A stretch of DNA of 64,000 nucleotides from Moniliella sp. 'wahieum'. Its lineage: Eukaryota. The notes under the pieces are model-generated. The model ran no database searches and had not been told where the DNA came from. It worked only from the letters and a program-made list of their open reading frames with translations. The translations under genes were made by a program, and so were the position numbers. The DNA is taken from contig RSEE01000057.1 of assembly GCA_003971905.1 (NCBI GenBank), positions 310,001-374,000 of the forward strand, read 5' to 3'. Below are positions 35,793 to 48,049 of this stretch, in pieces; the stretch's first letter is position 1; each line of letters begins with the position of its first letter.

Positions 35793-37542
35793 ATGCAAGG
35801 CCTGGACTACGGCGCCCCCGAGGACGCCAACACGACGCGACGCTCCCCGCCCCGCCGGTGCAGGGCTTTCCTGTCGGGACGCAAACGCACTACTACTCCC
35901 TTCCTCCCTCCCTGCCTGCGCCTCCAGAATATGGCACGGCCGACCCTGCGGATGCGCTGGTAGATGCCGACCAGCTGACCCCTGATCCTGCCGATGGTAC
36001 GTGTCGTGCTTGCTTTGCCTTTGGCCCCTTGTCCCCTTGTACGCTGACGCTCATTCGCGCTTTGCTCGTTGTGCCTGCCTGCCTGCTGGGCCTGCAGATC
36101 TGACCCCCATCCCGGACCAGCCGGACGTGTCGGTGGCGCGGTCGGTGGGGCTGGACCATACGGCTGAATGTGCTGCACATTTTCGGAGCACCGGTTACGC
36201 AGTTGTCCACCTCGCGCGTGTTTGCCTGGTTGGTCGAGTGGGGCGCCGCGCCGCTGGCCATGGAGTGGGTCAACGATTTTAGTTGCAACATTGTGTTTCA
36301 CGATGCGCCCGCCGCGCTGCGCGGCCTGCGCCGGCTCATGCTCCCAGCCAAGCAGGAAGACTGGGACCGTGCGGCGGCCGAAGTACAGCGCGCGCAAGAA
36401 GATGCGTTTACCTTTGGCCAGGGCGGCGGCGACGGCGAGGCGGAAAGCAAGCTGGTGGTCTCGGACGATCCGGTATCGGGTGTGCCGTTGCCCCAGTTGG
36501 ACGAGATGGAGGCCTTGGCCTTGACCCGGGCCGGGCCGCCACAAGAGCCAGAGACGGAGCAGGGAGCGGAACAAGCGCACCAGTTTGATGCGTTGGCCGT
36601 CTCGCTGCTCACCTCGCGCAAGTTGCGTCCGGTGCCATTGAAGGTGTACACGCCCGCCGAACGAGAAGCCGGGCGGGATATGCTCCATGAGCGTCTCGAA
36701 GCCGAGCGGGCCCAAGCCGCGCCGCCGGCGAACGACACTGTGATGGATGAGAACGAAGACGATGTACGGCGGATGGAAGAGAACGCGGACGCGCCCGCCG
36801 ACGAATCCCAGTCTGACAAAAAGCCCGAGCCCGAACCCAACCCCCCCGCCAGCTCCGTTGTGCCGCCCCGGCCAACCGCGCGAGCAACGTCCAAATCGGG
36901 GGTAAATCGGAACGCGATGCTGCAACTGACCTCGTCGCTCTATGCACGCTTTGCTGTGGCCGAGTTGGACCAGAAGCGGCGCGGCGCTCGCGACCAGTCA
37001 GACTGGTACCGTCTGCACGGCGTCGATGCCGGGCGGGACGTGGTGCCGCTGCTGAACATTGGCGCGGTGGGCACCAAGGCGGAGGTGGAAGCACGAGAAC
37101 TGTTGGAGCTGCCCGAGCTGGAACGGAGGATGCGCACGAGGCCGAGCCAGGCGCGAGAGCGCTCCCTATCTCCTGGGAGAGGGGAGGAAGTGCTTGCGTC
37201 CGCTGGCTCGGACGGCCGACGGCGGCATCCACATTCGTGGGCGGGGGACAGTGCGTGCGCCGAGGAGCCGCGCCGGCACGGCCGCGGCCGCGGCCGCCGA
37301 GGTGCCGACCCGACGAGGTGGGCCTGCTCGAGTCGGATAAGATCGAGTTGTCGCAGGCCGCGCCGGCATCCAAGCCGACGGCGCCGAGTGCCGCCCCGCA
37401 CCAGGCGCTGCAGGACCGGTTGCAAAAGGGCGGGCTGGGGGCGCGTCTGGGTGGGCCTAGTCTGATGGAGCGCTTGGGTGCCGAGCCGGTGCCGGCGTCC
37501 AGCTCCAACTCGGGTGGGTCGAGGCGGCGCGGGCGGTGGTAA
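35793..37542 (+). CDS. Nuclear cap-binding protein subunit 3-like (NCBP3/DUF2414)
   Basis: LHIFGAPVTQLSTSRVFAWLVEWGAAPLAMEWVNDFSCNIVF...ALRGLRRL; LYARFAVAELDQKRRGARDQSDWYRLHG; Arg/Gly-rich tail. Start codon uncertain. Confidence 0.75.
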
Positions 37543-37954
37543 GGCGGTGTGTTGTGTTCGTTCTGCAAAAAAACTGTAATGTTTCCCTATTGGACCCACT
37601 GCCTCCCTCTCTATACATCGGCTTCTGAATCTGCTAGCCACGTAACACGGGTCAACGAGACAAACAAGCTGTAATTGTCCTCTTGCACGCAGGGAACGAG
37701 GGGCGGGTGGTTAGAACAAGCCTGGCAAAGTGCAAAAACAAGCGATACTGTAGAGGAACGGGGGATATGTTCCTGCCGCGCCCCTTTGCAGCACGTCATG
37801 CCCAACACACCGAACCCCGTAGGATGAGGATCAGGACCTCAGGACCAGACCCCGGCTCAGCAAAAACGGAGTGCGGGGAGGCGAGGCACCAGGGTGCGAC
37901 ACGTGAGAAGGAGACATGAGATGGGCAAGGCGTATCAAGGCACCCCTCCCCTCC

Positions 37955-39253
37955 TTACGCCCTTTTGCGTTGGTAGCTGTCCTCCTTCATCGGCTGGTGG
38001 CCACATGCGACAGCCAAAGCCGAGTACTCGGCATCGTCGGCCTGGTGGGTAAAGAAGGTGAGTTGATGCGGAGGCTTGGTCCCGTCAAGCTCAGCCTTAC
38101 GGCGCGCCCGTTGTTCCGTCTCGATTCGCATCTTGTCGCGGTTCGCCACGTCAAACTGGCCGGCCCGAATGCCATCGGCTGTCACCTTCCACAGCCGGCG
38201 CGACTCAAACTCGCCCTGCTCCTCCAGTGGCTTGACACGGCAATGGATCCGGGGCGTGTCGGCGTCCCAGAACAGCTCATTCGTCTTGCCACTGGGGCTG
38301 GCACCCACATAGTGCATCAACCCAGTCCAGTCTCCCTGGACAGTGTAGAGCGCCTTGGCCTTGTCCTTCAAGCTCGACACGGTCGCCTTGAGCTGGTGCG
38401 ACTTGCCGCTAAAGTAGCCCTTGCCACTAAAGTCGAGCGTGGCGAGGTAGCCCGACGTGCTGGCGATGCTCGTCTTGCCGTACAGTTCTACGTAGGGTGC
38501 ACACTTCCACAGGCCTTCGATCCCGAGCTGGGGGAGCGTAATCAGATACGTCTCCTCCGGCTGCCCCTCGGCCTGCGGCTGGACGCGCAGCAAGGAATGG
38601 CCAATTTGGTTGACAGTGATGGTGCCCTTAGAGAAGGTGGTCTTCTGGCCATTGTGACCCTCAATGCTGACGCCCGCAGTGGGGTTGGTCAGGTGGTAGG
38701 CGGATGATGGGGGTGGTGGGATACTGTGAATGGACAAGGTAAGTGACTGAGGGAAGCGGAGGTAGGGGGGGGGGATGGGTACATGCCTTGCTCCGACACC
38801 AGCAGAGTCTCGCCCTTGCCTTGGGCATCCTCACTGTCCACTTTCCCTCGAACAGTTCACCCAGGACAGGGTTCAAAGGTTTCTTCTCGGTGCCTTGCTC
38901 GGTGTTGCGGGCCGTGTAGCTGCCGCGAAGGGTCGAGACGTAGAAGCGAAGAACAGCGAGCATGCGCTCCACTGGATCCGCGGGCTCACTGATGACGGCC
39001 ATGGCGGAAGGATGTTCGCCCCAGCTGCAGAGAGAAGAGTAGCTGGGTAGGACGGAAGAGGGGAGGCAAGGGCGAGGTAGGAAATGACGCACTAGGCAGA
39101 GAATTCAATGAGGGATGTGGGCGAGAGGATAAAGGAGGGAGCAGTGAGGGCAGACAGGTCGCCAGAGAAGGATGCGAGGGACTTGATGAACTGGCCCCAC
39201 GTCTGTTGCTGGCCCGCAGGCAGCTCGGAGGGGGCGGAGGCGGTGGCAGACAT
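37955..39253 (-). CDS. Oxysterol-binding protein, Kes1/Osh4-like
   Basis: WGQFIKSLASFSGDLSALTAPSFILSPTSLIEF, intron, EKKPLNPVLGELFEGKW, LVSEQ, intron, QKTTFSKG, PYVELYG, FSGKGYFSGK, EFESRRLW, IETEQRARRK. Confidence 0.93.
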
Positions 39254-39901
39254 GGAGGGGAGGGGATGCCGGGGGAGGCGGGGTGGAGGAGGAGGTGGTG
39301 GTGGTAGGGGTGGAGAGGCGACAAGGCGCAGGCGTCACTGCCAGAAGAACCAAAGCACGGCCTGGGACAGGCGCGGGCTGGAGCTGGCTGGGGCTGGCAC
39401 CGCACCGCAGGCAGCCTGCCGCATGCAGCTGCATGCTGCACCGCCCTTGCATCGTACCCACAGCCGGCCGCTCCACACTCGCGCCCCGCCGCGCCTCGGC
39501 GGCGTGCCCTGCGTGGCCTGACGTCACATCCGCCTCCGCCCCCGCACCACTGTGTGGAGGCGCGCCAGGTCACGTGTGTTCGCACAGGCCAGGCGCCGCG
39601 CGCAGGCCGTGCTAGGGTTCGGCCATGCGCCCATTGGGCCCCCGCCTGGGCAGGCACGCAGGCGGTGCGCTGCAGTGCCAGCGCAGGCCTGGCGCTAGGC
39701 GCTAGTCACCTGTCCCTGCTGACGCGCTGACGCACGGACGGCCACCCGCACCACCCTCCGCCAGCACTCCTCGAGCCATTTGGCCTCCTTCCCCACTGGA
39801 CAGCTAGCCCTCCACGGGCTACTACTGAACACCATCCACCAATACCAAGATCCTCATTGTTCTGCACGCCCTTTCCTTCCCCCGCGCCTCAGTACCCTAC
39901 C

Positions 39902-40683
39902 TCAGTAGCCTACCTCCACCGCCTTGTTTTTCCACGCGCCCGTGTCCTTCGGCCCGCCCAGCAGCTCTTGGAACATGAACAGACCCACGTCGGCGCGGCG
40001 GATCGTGTAGGCATGGGTCAGTGTCTCCTCGGCGCGGTACGTGCCCTTTGCCGGGCCGTCCATGAAGAGCGCAGGCTGGATCAGCGTGTAGGTCAGCCCC
40101 GACGCTTTGATCGCATCTTGCATCCGCGTCTTGTCTGCAAACGGCACGGCAGCATCCACGCATAGATCGGGCGCAGCAAGTACGGTACCCGTGCCCACGC
40201 TTCGTTGTCCATCCCAGCCGAGGTGATGGCTACCACATAGGGTTCTGTCCGGCGGCCTGCACGGCCTGCAGCACATTCTTCGTCGCCTTCTCGCACGATG
40301 GGGGTCGGCCAAAGTAGGATGGGCCCAGGGCCGGCGGGGTGTTGAAGAGGGTTTGGAACCGAGCGTGATGACCAAGGTGGTGAGGCGGCCGTGTTGCACA
40401 GCCACGTCCACCGCCTTGCGTAGACTCGTTTCATCCGTCCCATCAGCACGAACCACATTCAGGCGTCCGTCGGGACTGGCCAAGTGGCCCTCGTCCCGGC
40501 CACGGTGCTAAGTGCCCCGCGACGGTTGAGTTGCGCTGGCCAAGGCCTCGACAAAGGCGGTGGGGGGTACGAGCCAACAGTTAGGGTCGGAGCGGGGGGC
40601 GGAGCGGCGAGCATGTTGACCAGTGCCTCGAACCCACATCCATTGGTCGCACCGAGGAGAGAAGCACGTTGGGCATCGGTCAT
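39902..40683 (-). CDS. NAD(P)-binding Rossmann-fold protein (atypical SDR, flavin reductase/BVR-B-like)
   Basis: LLGATNGCGFEAL, LNVVRADGTDE, LVITLGS, VAITSAG, PFADKTRMQDAI..YTLIQPALFMDGPAKGTYR..YTIRRADVGLFM. Confidence 0.75.
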
Positions 40684-41659
40684 GGCGAAGACAAAAGCAG
40701 TTGACTGTGGGAGAGGCAAGAGACGTGAAGAGAGAGGAGGGGGGAACTGGTTTAATATACGACCGCCGTACCAACACACATGGCAGGCGAACACACGCAT
40801 CTCCGTCGGCTGTGCACGAGGATACCTCTGGCAATATATGGCGGCAACTGGCAACGGCCACATCGACTGTCGGATTTGGTACGCCCAGCGCGCCCGGGCA
40901 CATGACAGCATCAAAATATCCATCCCTTGACCAGCGTGTATACGCCCATCTTGAGCGCTTGAGCGCTATTGCTGCGCGGCGCTGCGCGGTCAGTACGTCA
41001 GTACTGCGACCGTCGGTCGTACTCCATATCAATCCACTCGTTATCTGCGAGAGAGGTTGGTAGTCAAAATGGATGCCCCGGAGGGCTCTGGGCGCATAAC
41101 AAGGTCTCATAGATATAGGTTGCCTGAAGCCGGCCTGGAGCTTGAAGCTCTTACATACAGCCAACGCGCCCAGCCTGGGCTGGCCGTGGCCCTGAAAAAT
41201 GATACGCTGTATGGTTTTCTCCAGCGCCTAGGCCTCAGGAACCCGGTTCGGAGGGAGGAGGAAAGCTACAGCGTTATTTGGTGCCCGGTGGAGCGCGAGC
41301 AGCGGCCAAGGAGCTCCGTAAATTAGGCATTAGTACTTAGTAACTAATACCCAACTAATACACGGCTGGCGGCGGCTGTGACATGTGACGCGGGGCGACA
41401 GGACGGCGCTGATACACCCTTGCACGCATTCTCTCGGCCATGGACGTGGCTTGCCCAAACCACCCTCCTATGGACGGGGCCGCTCACCTTGTTCGCAGCC
41501 TCGCAGCAGCTGCGACAAAGGCTGCGACAAGGAAGAGTCCCCGTGGGCTGGGTGCTTTTCAAGGTGGCGATTGGCCCTTGTGGCAGTATGTGCTGAAGGA
41601 GGAGTGGAATGGAGGATGTGGTTCTGAGAGGTACAGGAGGCTATGAGAAGGGTAGGGCC

Positions 41660-41667
41660 TTATATAG
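41660..41667 (+). promoter_or_regulatory. TATA-like element upstream of the snoRNA-like/tRNA pair
   Basis: TTATATAG in a GC-rich context, about 42 nt before the predicted 5' stem at 41709. Confidence 0.4.
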
Positions 41668-41708
41668 ACGAGGGTACCGCGGAGCTGAGGAAGCTTCCGG
41701 GCGGAGAG

Positions 41709-41818
41709 AGGGTGACCGGTGATGACTATCACGCAGGATGACGTGATTGGGCATCGCCCCAATAGTATGGGCCACCAAGTTAATGGTTAGGGTGCCCTCT
41801 AACCCCTGATGTCACCCT
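41709..41818 (+). ncRNA. Candidate box C/D snoRNA-like structured RNA (target not identified)
   Basis: Box C GTGATGA 41719-41725 and box D CTGA 41806-41809 are enclosed by a perfect 8-bp inverted repeat, AGGGTGAC (41709-41716) / GTCACCCT (41811-41818). Internal hairpins ATCACG/CGTGAT, ATTGGG/CCCAAT and GGTTAG/CTAACC. Confidence 0.5.
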
Positions 41819-41836
41819 TCCCTGTACAGTCAGCGA

Positions 41837-41931
41837 GCTTCAATGGGTTAGTGGTATACTACATCGTTGCCAGACTGGCCTTGTGCCTGTGAGACGTCGA
41901 TGTGACAGGGGTTCGATTCCCCTTTGAAGCA
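41837..41931 (+). tRNA. tRNA-Gly(GCC) with a 24-nt intron (41873-41896)
   Basis: Acceptor stem GCTTCAA/TTGAAGC plus discriminator A; D-loop AGTGGTA; anticodon stem CATCG/CGATG with TT-GCC-A (anticodon 41869-41871), intron after position 37; T-arm AGGGG-TTCGATT-CCCCT; TTTTT Pol III terminator at 41934-41938. Confidence 0.95.
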
Positions 41932-42135
41932 TCTTTTTGGCTGCCGCCTGGAAGGCCTTGGGTGCATCCATTTTTGCCTGTGCTGGTAGGATAGTCTGCA
42001 CCTTAACCTACGACGACAGACCAGCCCCAGGGATCCCCAGGGCGCCTCTCCACGTTCCACGCACGTTGGCTCCTGCTCCTACGTCCTCCATACACCGTAG
42101 ATCTTGCTGAGCGCAACGAGATGCAACACCAATCC

Positions 42136-44125
42136 TTACTTGCCCCCGTCTACCCGACCCAGCCAACCAAGCCACGAGCCCATCAACTGTACCATACGAT
42201 TCGTAGTGTCCGATCGCCATCCTGGCACGGAGGCGCCGCGCGGCCGTGCCGGCGGGGCCCCATTGGAGCTGGGGGGGTAAGTAGTATAGTATCCAGGCTG
42301 GGAGAGGGGGTAGGTGGGGCCCAGCACAGGGGCCGGTCTGGTCCTGGTCCTGGGCCTGGCCTGCCGGCCAGCAGACGGCGGCGGGCCAGGGGCGGGCCCC
42401 AAAGTGACGGACCAGCGCGGGCGCCCGACCCGGGTCCGAATAATGGGATCGTCCCGCCTGGGTCCAGTGCGCGAGGGTCGAGTAGGAAGGCCCCGGGTCG
42501 GGCGGGAAGGTGGATGGCATGGCGGGCGCGGTGGAGAGGAGGGTGCGGACTGGGGCGGAGCTCGAGCCCGAGGGGGGGAGCGGCGACGCACCGATTGGGC
42601 CGCGGCGTCGGCGAGCGGGACGGGGTAGCGCGCATGCGAGGCGGTGGGTAGTACATGTTCGCGTTCTCCGGTCCCACGCCTGGGGCGGGGCCGAGAGCTG
42701 TGGTTGGACGCATGCCCAGCCGGGAGGCAGGCGGCTGGAGGGGGGGAGGACGCGAGTCGGAGCCCGACGCTACGACAGCCAACACGTGCGCGGGAAGTTC
42801 TTGTCCGGCTTGGTCTTGGGCAAGCGGTGGCTAGGTCGGCGCCGACCGACCGAACCACCTGTTCTGCCCGCTTGGTCCCCTCGTCATCCAGCACATCCTC
42901 CACCACCGCGATCGCCGTGCCGTCGAGCAAGGATTGTTTGGCGTGCACCACATTCTCATTCCTGCGCCAGCTCGGCGGCACTCTTGAGCAAATAGCCCAG
43001 CTCGGTATCCTTTGTGCGCGAGGAGGTCACATGGGTCTTGTAGTGCTGCAGACTATTGTCCTGCCGCGAAAAGCGCAGGTTGCACCCAGGAAACGTGCAG
43101 ACGTACGGCCGCGCGCCCGTTCCCGCTACCGCCCCAAAGCAGAAAAGAAATAGGCAAAGAGAAAGAGAAACAGAAACAGAAACAGAAGCGAGGTTAATTA
43201 CCCCAGGCCACAACGCATGGTAACGGGGTACCATGTCAGTTCGCCCTTGCGAAAAATCAACAACCAACGTACCTTTGTGTCGGCGACTGTGCCGAGCTGC
43301 ATGGCCAGAGGTGGAAAAGGTGCTGCTGCAGATGCCACACGGAAATCGTTTCTGGCCATCGATCATGACGGGCCTGGGCGGGTGGAGGCGCGCTGGGAGC
43401 CACCGCCTCGTTGGCGTTTGGACAGCCGTGCGTCGTCCTTCGTAGGGCTCTGGCGGGGCGAGACGGCCGGTTCGGGCTGGCTTGTACCACGCCCGGGTCT
43501 GCAGGGCCGGATGGACTGTCGGCTGAATGGGCAGGGCCGAAGAAGACCGTCGAGGCCCGCTTTTTTCCCCGTCCCGACGACGCTTGGCCCGGGGCTTGAG
43601 AAAGGGAGCAAGCATGAGCTCGGCGTGGGAGTTGAGCATACCGCCCCCGGTACTGGCCGGACGGGAGAAGGAGGAGCGCGGGACCGGGCGAGGCGAAAAG
43701 GGAGGGGGAAACGCAGTGGGGGAACCAAGGGAGGAAACAGCGGGAAATGTGCGAGAAGCTGGCGCAAAGGTAGATGGCAGAGGTTGGATATAGCTGGCGG
43801 CAGGGGATGGGGAGGCCATGCTGGAGCCTACGCCGGACGACGACCGTGGATGGGGTAGATGCGAGCGAGTAATGTCGGCGGTGGGGGAAGCTCGCTGCGG
43901 GTAGCGGAGGTGTTGTTGTTGGGGCGGGGGCGCATACTGCACTGCCGGCTGTGACTGCGGGGGAGGCTGGGAGCGGCGAGAAGCAGCGGGCAGAGCACGC
44001 TGGAGAGCACTTGGGCCCGTGCCGGCGGCAGCTGAGGAGGAAGCAAAGGCCAGATGCTTGGGCGGCGGCGGCGGGCGGGTGGGGCGCAGGGGGGGAGGGG
44101 AAGGGATTGGCTCGACGCGCGCCAT
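42136..44125 (-). CDS. C2H2 zinc-finger transcription factor, Nrg1/Nrg2-like (3' end uncertain)
   Basis: Two fingers, KRFPCGICSSTFSTSGHAARHSRRH and RPYVCTFPGCNLRFSRQDNSLQHYKTH, separated by a predicted intron 43272-43126; Pro/Ser-rich flanks. Confidence 0.85.
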
Positions 44126-45458
44126 GGATGGGGGGGAGGGCGAGGAAGAAGGAGGAGGTGGTGGAGACGCACCAGCCAGAGGAGAGCAGGTGCTGCTGAG
44201 CAGACGCGTCAGCAGCCAACGCTCAACGCCATTGGCAACGTCAACGTCAACTCGTCCCGCCCTCCGTCCAACGCGGGGTTGGGCCCGGGCAGGCCAGGGC
44301 TTGACCAGCTAGCTGCCCAGGGGCCTGCAGGGGCTTGCAGGGCTTGCAGGGGTCTCTGCCGCCGCCTACTGCCTCCCTGCCGCTTCCAGCTTCACCGGTC
44401 GCCTCATCTTTCCACTGGCGCTGTGCCTCTCGGGGCAGAGTGGCATCTGGCCAGTGCGCCCCCAGGCTGTTCGTGCAGCCAACTAGTTACGAATCATTAA
44501 TCACGCGTCGTGCGTCACAGACTGGTCACGGACACCCGTCTGGTGCCGTCGGGGCGGGGGGGCAGTGGCCAGTGACTCGGTCGCAAGTGCGGTGGTGCAT
44601 ATTGCATGGCAGGGACTTGCCCGCACTGCGCCAGCTCCCGCCGCCGCGCAGCCTCAGCGTGGCTATCGGCTATCGCGCCTGGCGCCTATCTGTCCGTCTC
44701 CCTCGCGCTTGGCCCTGGCCGCCAGCTCACGCGCCCGCAGCTTCCAGCTTCCAGCGACGGTGGCACGTGCAACTGCGCTTTCTGATGGTCACCGTGACAT
44801 GCCCCTCTCTTCTCCTGCTGCTCCCGACCCCAACACAGCAGCACATACGACGGATGCACCTCATTGGCCCTCGCCGCTGCCATCTTGCAACGGCGGTGCG
44901 GGCGGTCGACGATGCAGCTTGTGGACGGAGTAGATGGAGGCACAGATGCATGATAGTAAAGACAGGGTGCTGTGCGGAGGAGAGAAAAGCAGGAGTGGGT
45001 CGTGATGAAAAAGGAGAGAAACGCAACAGCCAGTATAGCACAGCGCCCACGCCTGGCTTGCCATACCGTTGTTGCGAGAGGGGGGCGAGGCAAGTAGGAA
45101 AGTGTCCAGTGAAAACGACCACAGTGGGCGGGGGAAAAGATGGAAGAACTAACAGTGTCCAAGTAAGTTGGGGAGAAAGTGTGCACGCCTTGCAGCCTCT
45201 GGCGGAGAGGCGAGAGGGGCTGGGAAGAGCAAACGGGCTAAGAGGCATAGGAAAGAAGTGTCCAGGGAAGAGACGGAAAAAGGGTCAAGGAACCGTGTCC
45301 AGAGGTAAGATCCTCCCTCTTTGTACCTCGTACGAATCCGTGAGGATGGCAGACCGGCGGCCAGCCCAACCGAGAGGCAAAGAAATGGCCGAGAAACCAA
45401 GAGATGAAAACGATGCGCGAGTGGCCAAGCCAGAGACCGCGGCCAGTAGAGCCGAACA

Positions 45459-48049
45459 TCAAGCAAACACCCACCGCTGTGGGCCCAAGGTGACCAACCG
45501 AGTAAACAGCGCCTCGCGCGCCCTCACATCCGCAAACCGAAACACCTTTTCGGCCGTCGCAATCTCCAACACCTCCACCGCCTCAATGTCCAGCATCCAC
45601 TGCAGCATCACGCGGAACTGAAGCCCATCCCCCTCGCTTGCGCCCCCACCACCGACGACAGCGACACGTCCACCTCGACCAAGTGCAACTTGCCCTCTGC
45701 ATCCGTCGCATACACTTCCCCCGCGCCGGTGGTGGACTGTGCCTCGGCCTGCTCGCTGGGGGCCGGGGCGCGAGGGCCAGTGGCAGAGCGCGCACTGGGC
45801 CGCGAAGCAGCCAAACTACTTTGCCCATCGGCCCAGCTCCAGTCCAAGCCGGTAAACGTAGCACCGAACTCATCGCACCTGCCATGCGACCTTCGGGCAC
45901 CCAGCGCAAATGGGCATCCCGCACGCCCTCCCCTTCCCGCATCGGCAGCACGTACAACGTCCCCGCCCGCGTACCGTACCGTGCGCGGAACATCACGGGG
46001 CCCTCCAGTCGCTTGCTGGCTTCGTGCGCGGACGGACGGCGCCGCCAAGCCGTACTTGCTCGGCATGCTGTTGAACCAGGACGATTTGACTTTGCCGCGC
46101 CGAGGAACGTCTCGGTGCCCAGCTGGGCACTCGTCTTGAGGAAGGACTTGAACAGCGCGCGTTTGGACCCGGCGGTTTGGCTTGCGAGGGCGCGGCCGAG
46201 CGCGCGGCAGGGGACGAGGTGGGCGCCGGAAGTGGGGGGGGGAGGCCGAAGCGGCCGGCTGCGACGGAGGCGGCGGGGGGATAGGACAACGGCCGTGTTC
46301 AGCGGATCAGCGGCGGGGGCGGGACGGGACGGTGGCCTGCTCGGCGATTCGGAGCAATGTCGCGGCCAATTGCGCGTTGGTAGGGACCCCCTTCAACAGG
46401 CTGTGCCGCAGTTGCACATCGTACCGCCACCCGGGCGGGGGGTCCACCACCTCCTCCACCACCTCCGTCACCACCTCAGTGGTGGTGGGGAACAAAATCT
46501 GAAGCACAGGGGAGCCGAACATGGCGCCGCCCAGGAGGAAGGTGGTGCTGTGGTAGATCAACGAAGGGCTCACACCCCGCTCCAGCCGAACAGGACCAGG
46601 CAGCAACATCCCGCCTAGTTTGACGCGTGGTTCCCACTGTGGGAACGGAGGCGTGGGGGACAAGGCACTGCGAGCAGAGAGGTAAAGGCAGGGTCAGAGG
46701 GAAAGGGTAAAAATAGTACCCAACACAACGTCCGCGGGAAGAACGTACTTTCCAAACCGCTCCACCGTATCGACAAAGGTGGTTAGTACGTGGAGGTACG
46801 GGGCGGCGGCCTTCCAAAGCGTTTTGTGGAAGTTGCTATTGGGATCAATCGCGGCGGTGGTGAGGTCAGTGTCTTGCCGCTCGATCGACGAGAGAGGGGG
46901 AGACGGAGAATGGCTTGGGGCAACCCCTTGTCCGTCCACCTCTTCACTCGCCAACTCTTCCACCGGTACTTTGTCCAGGTCGAGCTCCTCATTTTCCGGC
47001 TCGTCGGTGCGGGGGAAGAGGAGGTCCTCTGTGCTGGTCGAGTGGGACGTCGGTTCCATGGCGGTAGGGGTGATGGTAGGATCGGGCGTGGACCAGGGTT
47101 GGCCCCCGAGCCAGCAGTCCTTGGGCCCAACCCGATCATGGTAGCTGCCATGGTACCGATCGCATCCACAAACCGAGCTGCATCCCGCTCGATTGGCAGA
47201 CCCATCAAGAAGGCGTTGGCGCGGGCCTTGGACGTTGGTGCTGTCTCCCCGTCCGGCAGGAGAGGGAACAAAGCCAAGCGTGCCGGTTGAGAGGATGAGG
47301 ACAAGAATGAGAAGCAAAAAGGTAGTCTCCAACCGGCCTGCGGCCCATGCTGTAAAGTACAAGAGGCAAAATCCCGCGCTGCGTCCGCGGTCGGCCCAGG
47401 TAAAAATCCGACCAGGTGGTGCAACATGTGAACGAGCGGGATGCCGACTTGGATGTACGTGCGTTCGAGCAGCGCACGAAACTTGTCGGGGTTAAACACC
47501 ATGTCCGACGCCGAGTCAAAGTCCAGCTGGCCCTGCGGCGCACCGTCAACCGGGTGCGCATCCGGTCCGATTCGCCTGGGGGCGAGGGGATGCGACGGAC
47601 GCGGAACGATTGTCGGTTGAACCTGCGAAGCAGCATCCACATCAATTCGTTCGACACGTCGGGAAGCGCATCGTTGGGCTCCTTGGCCACGAGCGAAGGC
47701 CACACATTGCTGGCCACCTTGGGCTTGGGCGGCACACTGGAGACGGTGCACATGCCAGGACGGGCGCGGAGTCCTTCACTGCTACTGCTAGCGACGGGCT
47801 GGACGGAGGTAGACGAAGCGGGGCTAGGGACGGGGGGGAAGGCGTGCTGGGAGGTTGGGCCGCAGCGGGCGCAGCGGGGGTCGCAGGGCACGGCAACAGA
47901 GGAGATGCTTGCTGATTCGGATGAGCGGCGAGGGAAGAGGCGAGGGGCGGGCGGGCACAGGACGCGGAGGGACCTTGGGGGGGCGGGCGGGGAGCGGCGG
48001 CGCATGGGCGGGGCCGGGTCAAACGGCGATGTGGAGGGTGGGGCTCCAT
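45459..48049 (-). CDS. DUF3292-family (Pex24-like) fungal membrane protein
   Basis: ELMWMLLRRFNRQ, FNPDKFRALLERTYIQV, hydrophobic segments, FVDTVERFG, LLKGVPTNAQLAATLLRIAE, FRARYG, REALFTRLVTLGPQRW; motifs recalled for this family, not searched. Confidence 0.65.

Noticed and set aside
41785..41805. Telomerase RNA template (GGTTAGGGT / CTAACCC)
   Set aside because: A 9-nt telomere-like match is expected by chance a few times in this much sequence; no pseudoknot or other telomerase RNA element was recognised.
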